64,000 bases of DNA from Nymphaea colorata. Its lineage: Eukaryota. The stretch spans positions 38,068,001 to 38,132,000 of the forward strand of contig NC_045138.2 in NCBI RefSeq assembly GCF_008831285.2, written 5' to 3'. Numbering within the stretch: the first letter of the stretch is position 1; each line of letters opens with the position of its first letter. Position numbers and translations under genes: made by a program. Below, in pieces: positions 52,828 to 64,000 of the stretch. The notes under the pieces are model-generated. The model was not told the origin of the DNA and searched no databases. It saw only the letters and a list, made by a program, of their open reading frames with translations.

Positions 52828-54347
52828 TCATATTTGCAAAATCAGTCAGTCTGCTCAACCAACTATGTTATATTCTTGAGATAGTTGTAAATTTAGTTTT
52901 TTTTTTAAAAAAAAAATCGCCTTGATTACTTTTTAGTGGTTATTAACGGTTCTTTACTTTTTTTTTTAATTCATTGAATTACATAATTTAGTTATGGTTG
53001 TCTAACAGAAATTCTGGTTTCTCTTAGGGCATGTTTGGATGACAATTAAAATTGGATTCATGAAAAAAAAGGACCAGTTTTGTTAAAATGACGTTTTCGA
53101 AAGGGAGTTAACAATTTGACCCCCTTCGATTTTTCACCAAAAAATGCTGTTTGGTTGCCATGGAAACGCATAATTAAACTAACTTTCAAAAATTGATTAA
53201 AGGACCAATGTTTTAAAGTCCACACTCTTTTCGCTATCCTTACAAACGACGCTTTCATTATGCATCAACTTACATATTGATATCCTTCTTTTTTACAATA
53301 CAAAGAGTTGTCACTACGAAAGGTCAAAACTGAAACTGGCCACTCACCGGCCCAGCTCGGCCATTGCGCCAACTCCTTTATACATGCCATTTGGTAGTGG
53401 GTCGTATGTCCCTAAATTAGTTTTCATTTATATATTTTAGAAGATCGTGTTATGACGAGAGGTATGCTCGATCACATGTGGAAGCGTTTCTCAGTATTGG
53501 AAGCACAGCTTTTGCGTTATGGTGCCTTTAAGAAGCTGGCCAACGTGAGGCCGAAAGAATCGGATCATGTCGGCCGATAAAAGCTGATATATTGATAGAA
53601 AGGAGCTTACATTAATAAAAAGTGGACAAAAAAACAAAGTCATTTTAAAGGCCGATATGCTCCGATTTGAAATTTTGTGTGTTGCTGATGCGCATCATTT
53701 TCAATTTTCTTAATACGTCTGAAACTGATATTTACAACATTCCACTTCACATCAAATAAGTCCATTGGACAACTTGAGTTTATTTTATTATTTTTACGTT
53801 GCAGTCCCCGGCCTTTATTTTTCAACTAGCAAAAGAAAGTACAAAAATAACTAATTTGATAAATCTTTATCAATTAAGCACAACATGCTAGTCATGACCA
53901 TGAAACTAAATTGAATAAACAACACTTGCTGATAAAATGTCGGGAGCCTTTCATTTTCAGACTTATCTTTTGCTTATAATTTTTAAAAAGTCCTTTTTCT
54001 TTTGCACATTTTCAAGAAAACTGTCCTTACATTGCTAAATTATACTCTTACCCTCTTAGCTAAGGTTTACAGTTTCCCAATTAACAAAAGATTCAGTGAT
54101 CCAAATCTTTATTTGATAGTTTTCATGAAAAATGCAAAAGGCGACTTTGGATCGTAAATCATGCGGAGAAGGATGGCCTGAAAATGAAAAAAATTTCCCA
54201 AAATTTAAATTATAAACTATATTCATGAGAGAGAGAAGAGTTGAAAAAAAACTTGCATGACGTTCATAAGTTAAATTCGACGTGTTGGTGAGCTGATGTT
54301 CGTGTAGGCGTTGCGTCGTGTCCAACTCAGGCGTCCCGTCCGAGTTC

Positions 54348-56810
54348 GGGGAAAAATGCGATGGGTGACGTCCCACGACGCATATTCCATGTCAAATCTC
54401 CAATTAATAATCCCACTAACATTAGTGTGACATGCATATTCTTCGTCAACTACTCATTAGAAAAAGAAAACCCTTCTTTCAATATGTGTAAATCGATTCT
54501 CAGACTGAAAATAACGCCATAAAGTCGCTTTCCCGTTTTAATTTTTAAGAAGATGAATCCATTTTCAGCGAAGATCGAACCAATGGTGGAGCCAGAAACA
54601 TTTGAATGAGAGCACGTTAACTTGCAACTTTTATAAAGGGCAGCTAGTGTGTAAACAAGTAAAAATATAAGATATTAATATGAAAATAAATAGTTTATGT
54701 GGCACTGGTGTGGGCAATTGCCCACTTGTGCCTCACGCTGGCGTGGACCCTTGCTGTTTCGGGCAATGGTTGAATCGAGGGGCAAAAAAGTCATTTTACT
54801 TTTTAAAAAAAAGATATAATAATATTTATTTGATTGAGTTGTTTGTGAATTTGTAAAAAAAGACAAGGGCCTCTGGTTATATTGCAAAAAGTGAGGATCA
54901 ATTCATTATTCGCCCAAAGGTTCGGCTTCCTTTCCTAAAGGTTTCTATGATAAGCACTAATTGGTTTTTAATGAGGATCCAAGTTATGAAATCTGTTATT
55001 GAGATTTTTTTTTTTTTTTTTCCTTTGACCAAGTATACTCGGTTCGATTAGCGTAACCGTTCTCATTTGCTCGAGGTGCAAGCTACAATAATGTGATTGC
55101 AACCAAAGCAAATGCTGAAAAAAGGAACATCAATCTTTTATTTGTATGAACCATTTTGGAAGAAGGTCAATGACACTGTTCCGCCTTCTTGATATTGATG
55201 AAGAAGGTAATCCTTAAATTTATGACACAGGGGACTTCCATGTTTACGATACTAACAGGGCGTTTGATGAAGTCGAAATTGTGGAATTCGAGAATTAAAA
55301 TTCTCATTTTCATGAAATAAGAACTGTGTTATCAAACAAAGAATTTTGATTTCAGAATTATAGATTCATTCTTGAACCAAAACTTAGCTTGCATGAAGTC
55401 TAGATCCGCTGGTGTTACCTGTTGTATCATCACATATTAACAATTTAATGAGATAAGCTTCCCTAGAAGGCGTAAGATATACATGTTATACGAAACTTGA
55501 TCAAATCCAATGTTCAACGTATCGATCAAGTTATCCGAATTGGAGTTTTTTTTTTAAAGTTAGTTTCATCTTTAAGGAACAATGCTCATAGGTTACTTTC
55601 TTACCGGGTACTATCTTCATTATGATATCAAAATATAATCTTAATTATACATACTCGTAGCTCAAGCCAACAAACAATGGCTCTCTCATCAATGCAATTG
55701 GGCACTCTACGATTTTGAGATTTGAGTATTTCTATGGGCAGTTGCCCACACAAACTTTACTTATTTTTATGTTAATAATTTCATATATTTGGTTGTTTAT
55801 AAATATGGGTGCCCAAGTTATTGAACTAGTGCCCCTACTTCTGGCTCCATTAGAATTCCGACACGACATGCACTGAAGTAAATATCATGGAAGTCCGAAC
55901 CATTTACATTCTTAGCTTCATTGTCAAGGAAGGAACAGTGGCTTTTTGGTCGTTTAGTTCATTGAATTCAGGGAAAAATGCGATGGATGACGTCCCACGG
56001 TGCATATTCTACGTCAAAGCTCCACATTGATAATCCCACAAACATTAGCATGTGACATGCATATTCTAAGTCAACTACTCGTTTGAAAGGAAAACATTTC
56101 TTTTAACCTGTGTAAATCGATTCTCAGCCAAGTATCTGCTGAAAATATCACCAAACAGTCCCGTTCGTCTAAGAAAATCACGAAATTTGTCATTCAAAAA
56201 ATATTTGTTTTAGTGTTTCATGAATTTATCACATTTTTTAAAGCAAACTTACAATGTATTACTGCTGCCAAACTGCCCGTTCGTGTAACCTTTTATGCTT
56301 TCAAGTGTTTAAATTTGATCAAGGCGCGTACAAAATGTTACGTAATGTGATTGCATCCAAAAAAGAATGCTTTAAAAAAGTATCAATCTTGTCATTACAT
56401 GAATCAATTTGGAAAGTCAATGCTACTGTTGCGCGTTCTTAATATCGATGATGATGGAAACGTTTAAACTTATCACAAGAGCTTGCAGACAGGAGACTTC
56501 CATACATAGAGGCTTGCTATTCTTCTACATACATACACATGTTTATACAAATAAATAATTCATTTTATCAGAAGATCAGCTGCCCTTATGCTTAAAGAAT
56601 ATAAGCATTGTAAAACACTCGAACAAATTCAATGTTCAATGTTTTCAAGTTATTGGAATTCGAGTTCCCTTTGTCCTTACAGTTTCATTCTTAAGGAACA
56701 ATTATTAATGGGTCACTAATTTAACAACATATGAACTGAATGATATTCACGACTCAAGCCAACAAACAACAGCTCTCGCATCGATCAATGCAATCGGGCA
56801 CTTCACAATT
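54348..56810. repeat. Old, diverged tandem segmental duplication in the ALG6-MACPF intergenic region
   Basis: Collinear blocks: ~54348-54503 vs ~55971-56127; ~55070-55240 vs ~56320-56500; ~55490-55705 vs ~56615-56800. They are interrupted by MITE-like insertions in the first copy. Confidence 0.8.
55257..55380. mobile_element. Truncated copy of the Tourist-like repeat seen at 4751
   Basis: AGGGCGTTTGATGAAGTCGAAATTGTGGAATT...ATCAAACAAAGAATTTTGATTTCAGAATTATAG aligns with 4751-4860. Confidence 0.5.
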
Positions 56811-57143
56811 TGTAGATCATCGAAGCCCGAACAGTCTGTATTCTTAGCTTTATATCTTCAAGGAACTGCGGCTCGAAAGGTCAAGGGGGGAAAACCAGCG
56901 TCCTCATCAATGCGCTGCTATAAACGATGTCCGCCATTACCAAGATTCTTCTTGAGAACGAATCTTTTCAGGCGACGAAAATAACCAGAAGGTCGACAAG
57001 GAGTCATCACGAAATCGTCAGCTCACTTTTTCTTTCTCCCAACACGGCATCGTCATCCCCAGTGCACTTTTTTCTTCCTCTTTCAATTCTCGTTGCTGGT
57101 ACACCTGCGAGCTTATTCGTAATCCCATGGGCGGTGATCTCTC

Positions 57144-57184
<41 letters not shown>

Positions 57185-58086
57185 TCTAAATCATGTTCTG
57201 TGGGCTGTTAACCATGGGGAGGTTCTGAGTCAATGTTCAATATTCTCTGCATCTAAAACCAAAAGATCTACAAGTGGTACTTTTTTTCAACTATCCATGG
57301 CAGTTCGTAGATCCCATAACACTTTTAGTTTATATTAAAAAACTTTTTGTGAAGACAAAATTAAAAATAAAAAAAGTAAAAAGATTAAAGAGAACATTTT
57401 TTTTATAAATTACCAAAATATCCTTCTCTTCTTTAATGGGCACATACCTTTTTCTCGTTAAGTGTTGGTAATTACTTACATGAATTTTAAAAAGGATTTT
57501 ATTTTTATATTAAATTTTTAAATAAAATTTTTCATTCCTTAAAAATTAAAAGTTTATAATTAGTGTCCTAGAATTTTGATTTTCTGTCTGGGCGCCTAAG
57601 TCGAAGATAATTGAATAAAGCAGTTAAGTGGGGTTGTTGCTGGCTGCCCATAGGTATGATATGTAGATCAGCACGCGCGCAGATAAAGCTTTGTCTTAAC
57701 TCGTAACGGCAGTCAAGGTTGGCGCCTGCTTGACTTTGTGCTCCATCACGTCCTGCCAAGGTCGGCTTGATCTTTCAACATCAACCACGAGTCAAGCCCA
57801 ACAACGTCCAAAACCCGGAGCCATGTGTAGGGGCCAGCTGCAATCATAGACGCCATGGAGGCTCAATTGTTGGGTATTTGCAAACGGCTAGGCTCAAATA
57901 ATTATGGGACACTTAAAATGTAATTTTTCAGAGTCAGTGTAGGCAATTGCCCCCACAAACCCTACACCGAGGCCGACGTCGAGCACCCTTGCATTGAAAT
58001 GAAAGGTAAGCTTCTTTGATGTCATTTACATGATCTTGGAGATGCAAAACAATTAAACATTCCCTAACATACTAAAGGAAATACTC

Positions 58087-58123
<37 letters not shown>

Positions 58124-58519
58124 ACAAGTAAAAAAATGCCCCCCAATTTTTTGATGAATTTAAAAGAACTTGAAATTTTGATTTTAAATTGCCGTAACAT
58201 TTAATTTGTGCATCAAATTTTGATAAATCTTTTTTTTTTTTTCCATTCGCATAAAGTTTTTGAATACCTCCTTGAAGTGATCAAACTTAAGCCAGCCAAA
58301 TTCTAGACAAACTGGTTCATTAATGCCAGACGACGATAAATTAGTAGATCGAGTGGCATTAAATATACATAGGACCATTTAAGTCTCCATGGCAGATGTG
58401 ATTATCCACTTCATATTTACGTGGGCAGATGTGATTTACATAGAGAACAGGCGGCTTTTCCGGTGCAAACTTCTTCACTGAGAAAAAGAATCTTATTTCT
58501 TAAATGTTTTTCTTAAAAT

Positions 58520-58554
<35 letters not shown>

Positions 58555-61331
58555 CATTAATTTTCATGGCTATGGATTTGTAACAGTAACACCACAAATT
58601 TTTAGAAATATCAGATTGAGATGTTCATCGAACAGAGCCGCAAAATTCGCAATCTGGATCAAGCAAACAACGTGAACCAGTGTTATTGAAGTTTAGAAGA
58701 TATTTGAAAATAAGCTTGTAAATAAGACAAACTACCCAGAAGAACGAGAGGAGCGGCGTTGCTCGCAGCAGAAAGACAAAGAAAGAGTCAATCAAGACTT
58801 TGGACCAATTTGTAAGTAATACGACATTTACGTCTCTTTCCACGCCACCCAGGGCGGGGTCAGTGTCATCTTCTTCCTTCTTGGATTTCAACATGGCTTT
58901 TACGATTCCTATAGCCAGTTCTGGAATCTTCTTTAAAGCAAAATAACGAGAAAAAGAAAAAAAAAAATTAATGAGATGAACATTTTCAGGTTGAGCTTGA
59001 ACTCTGCATGATATGGCATCCACGATTAATGACGTTGATCCATTATTCTTTGTCAACAGTTAATTAACAATGAATATTCTTTGTCAACCTTCACTGACAG
59101 TTAAGTTTCTAATTAATTAATTAATTCCCATTTAATTAGAGTTTGACAATTTGTACAGCTTATTTTAACATGACATCTTTATTTTTTATTTAAATTGATG
59201 ACAAGGGAACTTCATGAAGATCGGCATCATCGTAGCTCGCTTCTGGCCTTATATGTAAGCTTTACATTCTTTCTAGGGCAAAAGGAGGTCGGTCCCCTGA
59301 AAGCGAAGAAAAACAAAAAAGTACCTTGAATATTCTTATCAACTAGAGTGCCATGCATCTACTATTTACCGTTTAGATGAGCAGCACTCATGGTGATCGA
59401 ACCAACAATCGGACTTTAAACGGATCACCAATCCGACCAGCTATGCTATGCCCCTCAGGTCTTCATGCAAGATGAGAGACATTGATAAGTAAAGTTTGTT
59501 TAATATGCGTGTAATTGGTTTTCATTGAGAGGTGTGACAATGACATATAAAGTTAAACATGTTTAATGTGGTTATGATTTATTGTGCGGATATTTTTATT
59601 GGATCAGACAAGAAAATGGGTGTGAATTTTCTTAAGTACTTGGAGTCTGATTCAGATCGAAATTCCGGCTAGCCACCGATAAATTATTTTTTAACCTTTG
59701 AAGTATTTTTTACCGACTTTTTGTTGAGTCGCACCGATGCATTTGCAGAATGTGAACATAAAAAAATAACCCATGTAGTGCAGGTCGCCATTTGACAGTA
59801 TCAGTCGTAAGTGACCTGAACTTGTAAAAAATCCTAAAGATGAAGCACTGTTTCGGGATTGACATAAAAATATTGGACCTTGTAAATTAGTATTTTATGT
59901 TTAACCTTATAGGCCGATGGTTACTTATTCGATTGAGTTGCGTGAAAAGATTAATTATGTTTTCTTTATTTTTTTTAATTAAGGTGGTCCGTGTCAGGTA
60001 GGTGGTAAAAGAAAAAAGGGGAACGGATTTTTTTTTAATGCTCAAATTTAGTCCATAGGTTTTCATATTATTTTATATATTTAATTCACAAATAGTGGCC
60101 GATTAATGAAATTCTAGTCGTCAATTTAATTTTTATAAGGGTTAAGTAAATACAAATGTATGACATTTTAGTTGAGATCCTGAAATGAAAGAGCTTTGAA
60201 CCCACGACACAGACAAACGTTAACCAGCTAATTTACATAACAAAAAATACATCTAAGCCTTGATTTCTTTTAATTAACGGGAGAAAAAAGGTAGTTAATT
60301 GAAAGAAATTTATATTTAACCATGTCCTTGTTATATAGCCAAAATTGGAGCATGCTTTTATGAAAAACCACAGCACTTTCGTTTACAATTCCCATTTCAT
60401 TAGAGCAGTGAGAAGCAACAGTTAAATCTGCTGCGGATAACATCTCTACAATCTCTCTTCTTTATAGAGAGAAGGCACAGAAACAACCATACGACAGACG
60501 AGCCTATTTCCATTACGCTTTCACATTTATTCTTTTTTGTTTTTTTAAATGTTTTTCAGAGAGCTCGGGAGGGCCGGCAGTGAAGAGCGGGACCGCTTCC
60601 TCTTTTCAACGCTTTCAGACGCTGGGTCTGAGGGAGGACCCACCGAGCAAATAATTTCTCTCTTACCTTAGCATCTCACGGAAAGTTTTGGTCTCGACGT
60701 CTGCATCAACCTCTGAAGAATAGATGGAAGGATGAGATTATTTCCTTCCAATTAACCCTTTAGTCTACCATCGCTACCCACTCTCTCTCTCCCTGTCTGG
60801 TGCCAAATTTTCTATAAAGCGTCGATATCATGGTTCCAATCGAGTCTCATCATCAATATCCCGGCTTCCTCCTTAAATGGTAGAGACCAGCCATCTCCCC
60901 TTCCTCTCAACACATCCACCATGTTCTTTCCAGTGAATGTCACTATGCCACCATTGATACCCCCATCTTTCTCCTGAATGGAGAAAACCCGTCCCTACTC
61001 CCTCCTGATTAAGAACATATTCTTAAAGCAAATGCCATTGTTCACGTCGAATCTCAAGAGCAGGAAGAAACCCATTTCCTGTCAAAACCCCATCTTCCCT
61101 CTGATTGTGGAGAACCCATCTCTCCTTTCCCCCATAGAAGCAAAATTCTCACACCCATCATCTTATTTTCCCAAATATCTTGTACTTCCATAGACAAGGA
61201 AGAGTACTCATTCGTCGTCTCCATTTAGTCTATACTACGCGCTCTTTCTGTCCTGTCCTCCTCCCCCTGGCGTAGGTGCTTCATTTGCTCGAGGAAAAAG
61301 AGGTTGGGAGCTGGGAAAAGAGGAAGAGAAG

Positions 61332-61974
61332 ATGGAGGTCCAACAGAATAGGCCGGAGATGGCAGCAGGCTGGGCGAAGCAATCGATTGGCATGGGGTAC
61401 GATTTCAATCAGGACATCAGCTTTCCGTTCTGCAAGGGAGCTGCCCCCCTCGTCCAACTGCACGATGAGCGCCGGACGGCGGTCGTTCCCGGCGGGATCC
61501 GCGTCCCGGACGTCTCCAAATCCATCAGGATTGTGGCCGGCGAAACACAGCGACTCACGACTGGCGTGCTATCCTTTGAAGAGGTTCGTCTCCCTTCTTT
61601 CGTTAAAATAATTTCTTGCCATCAGGCGCGCTTCTAAAGTACCTAATTACAGCTTTGGATTTCTTTTTATCAGAAAAGGAATCTCTCTGGACTTACGCTC
61701 TGTCCATGTACAGACTAGCGTTTCTGTATTTGATATTGGTTTAATCGTTAGATGAAACGTTTATGTTTTTTCTCAATAAATGGCGAATGAACCGATTGGT
61801 ACTTGGTCTAATTGCACTAAAACTTAGTTCTAGTTAAATTGACTAAGGACATGATTCCATTTGATAGCTTTCAGAAAATCAGCTGGACCCGTATGAAATA
61901 TTTGAGGCATGTTTTGGAGATTAGGAGCAAAAGATGACTCATGAATTGAAAACTTTCCATGAAAGTCGGAGAAC

Positions 61975-62015
<41 letters not shown>

Positions 62016-63701
62016 GTTCCTTTCCACGACCGAAGATCTTGTTTTCCATTTTTTTCAGCACGAAAGTTCGCCTCAGCCAGCCGAAGTTCTTTAGTCAAAA
62101 CTTCCTTTTGGTTCCTTTTTTTTCTCTCTCTTTTCTTTTCCTGATTTATCTTTTCTCGTGTTGCAGATGTCAAAAAAATTCAATAAAGAGCAGCTCAAAT
62201 TAACTGACAAAACCCCATCTGGTTTGTTTAATGCCATGTTTGGCTTTCATGGCCGTTGGCAAAATGATGCCTTTGCTACAAAGGGACTTGCCTTTGACGG
62301 GATTCACTCAGTACTTTACAGTATGGAGTTGGAAGCGGCAGATCTTAAATTACTGGATCACGTAAAGAAAGAAGTTCCATCTACATGGGATCCTGCTGCT
62401 TTGGCTAGGTAATCTCATTTCGTTCTTTCTACATATCAATTGAAAGTCCTCGTTGCTAGTTTTCTTAATTAGTATGCACTTTTTACATGATATTCTTATG
62501 AAGATGTTCCTTACTGTAAGTATTACCGAGTACGTCTTGGGTGATCTTTCTTTTCTTATGAAGATGTTCCTTAATGTAAGTATTACCTAGTACGTCTTGG
62601 ACGATGGTTTTTTATGAAAGGTTTTTCTTCATAAATAAATCAAATTGCTTTGTGTTCGGTTTTCATGGACTGCGTTAAACTTTTGCCAATTCTAATAGCC
62701 AAAAGAATCCATAAATACTAGGAAGCATATCTGACATAAATTAGACCTTTTAATGAATATTAAGGTTGTGAATCTTATGATACTCCACTGGAAAGGCTTC
62801 TCGGGAGATATAAAGACCAATCGATTCTTTTTCCCTCCATCTTTTCTTTTCCAAATCAGATTTTGTTTTGGGTGACGAGACTGTATATAGCACGTTATGG
62901 TACCTTAAGTAGCAAATTGGAACTAAACTCCGCTTTCAAGTTCTATATGTTTTTCCAAAGATGGAGCGGGTATCTGGGTCTGATACTTAACTTGTACAAA
63001 GGAATAATTAAATTAAAATTTAAGCAGAATAAGAAATCAGCTAATAATAACAGGGCTTTGAGCCATGTAAGGAGGGATAACATGAACCTTATCTTGGTTA
63101 GATATAGAATCTTTGAACGGTTAAACCTACCTATTATTACTTTTTCTCACTTCATTTGTTTACCTGCCATCTTAGTTATTTAATTTGTTTTTAGTTGGTT
63201 TCTTGTTTTTTCTAAATTTAGTTTGTCTCTGGTGTTCCCATCTTTAAGATCGTAATTCCTGCCATGCTCATGAGTTTACATGTTAAAGATTGTTTAAAGA
63301 AATTTTAGCTTAAATATAGCCAGTTTTTAAATTCTCTATTTCACGTAAACAAGATGTGTCGGCAGAGAAGTTTTCTTCTTCTTCTTCTTCTTCTTCTTCT
63401 TCTTCTTTTTTTTTTTTTGATTAAAGGATGCTTATGGCTAATCTCTTTGATCGATGCGTATAAGGCAACTTGATTTATTTTAATTTCTTGCCTCATCAGG
63501 TTTATAGAGAAATATGGGACTCATATTATAGTAGGTGTAAAAATGGGAGGTAAAGATGTTATTCATGTCAAGCAACAGTCCTGTTCATCCCTTCAGCCAG
63601 GTCATGTGCAAGAGCTATTGAAGAGGCTAGCTGATGATAGATTCTCATATGCTGATACTATCTCATCTGTAAACCAACAGGACCTGTCTTCAAGGATAGA
63701 G
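61332..63701 (+). CDS. MACPF (membrane attack complex/perforin) domain protein of the plant CAD1/NSL1/At4g24290 family, 5' part (truncated by window end)
   Basis: Exons 61332-61583 (SIGMGYDFNQDISFPFCK...GVLSFEE), 62167-62408 (MSKKFN...PSGLFNAMFGFHGRWQNDA...KGLAFDG...VPSTWDPAALAR) and 63500-63701 (FIEKYGTHIIVGVKMGGKDVIHVKQ). Contains the MACPF signature YGTH-x7-GG. A donor follows at 63702, so the gene continues beyond 64000. Confidence 0.93.
62493..62600. repeat. 60-bp-period tandem duplication in MACPF intron 2
   Basis: TTCTTATGAAGATGTTCCTTA.TGTAAGTATTACC.AGTACGTCTTGG occurs twice. Confidence 0.9.
63374..63418. repeat. (TCT)n microsatellite followed by poly-T in MACPF intron 2
   Basis: About 11 TCT units, then a T run. 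Confidence 0.9.
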
Positions 63702-64000
63702 GTAGGTCTGGTCTAAGATTTTATTGTGAACCTCATATTTCTGCATTAACTTGATACAGAAGGCACCGTTCACTTGTCGAATTTGCAATAATGAAATGAT
63801 CTACTAATCTCCAATCCTGAGTGCTTCATCCTTGTTTTCTAATGCGACAAGCTGTAATTAGTGTTGTCATCAGGCTTCATCTTGGAAGCTTAACAGGTTA
63901 TGATTTTCATGCTAGTTTCTCTGACTGGACGAGGATATCTATTGCTTTCTTGGATTATCTATCTTTGTTTTGGAGACGTCTTCTTTAAATTTATTACAAT

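Noticed and set aside
58625..59056. 143-codon minus-strand ORF
   Set aside because: No recognisable homology and low-complexity composition. It may include a decayed fragment but cannot be supported.

Overview
Eukaryotic (flowering-plant) nuclear DNA: AT-rich, GT-AG introns, GA/TA microsatellites. I hand-assembled six protein genes, and the exon phases join in frame for the spliced ones. They are a UBC25-like E2 enzyme (+, 8 exons, ~515 aa), a 124-aa single-exon protein with a mitochondrial-type presequence and an acidic tail (+), an MLP/Bet v 1 protein (-, 2 exons, 151 aa), the vacuolar two-pore channel TPC1 (-, 23 coding exons, ~732 aa), the glucosyltransferase ALG6 (-, 7 coding exons, ~525 aa) and the first three exons of a MACPF-domain gene (+, runs off the window). 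The most interesting unexplained element is a long fold-back at ~3526-3947. Its two arms are inverted, decayed copies of what looks like the N-terminal coding sequence of PHO2/UBC24. Its arm differences are mostly G:U wobbles on the + strand, so the 5' arm would be antisense to PHO2. A degenerate miR399-complementary site lies 1.2 kb upstream on the same strand. This is a candidate inverted-duplication MIRNA/hairpin RNA acting on phosphate signalling. TPC1 intron 17 also holds a nested, opposite-orientation pair of hAT-type MITEs, plus tandem duplications that copied the exon-17 splice donor. Homology calls come from recalled protein sequences, not database searches.
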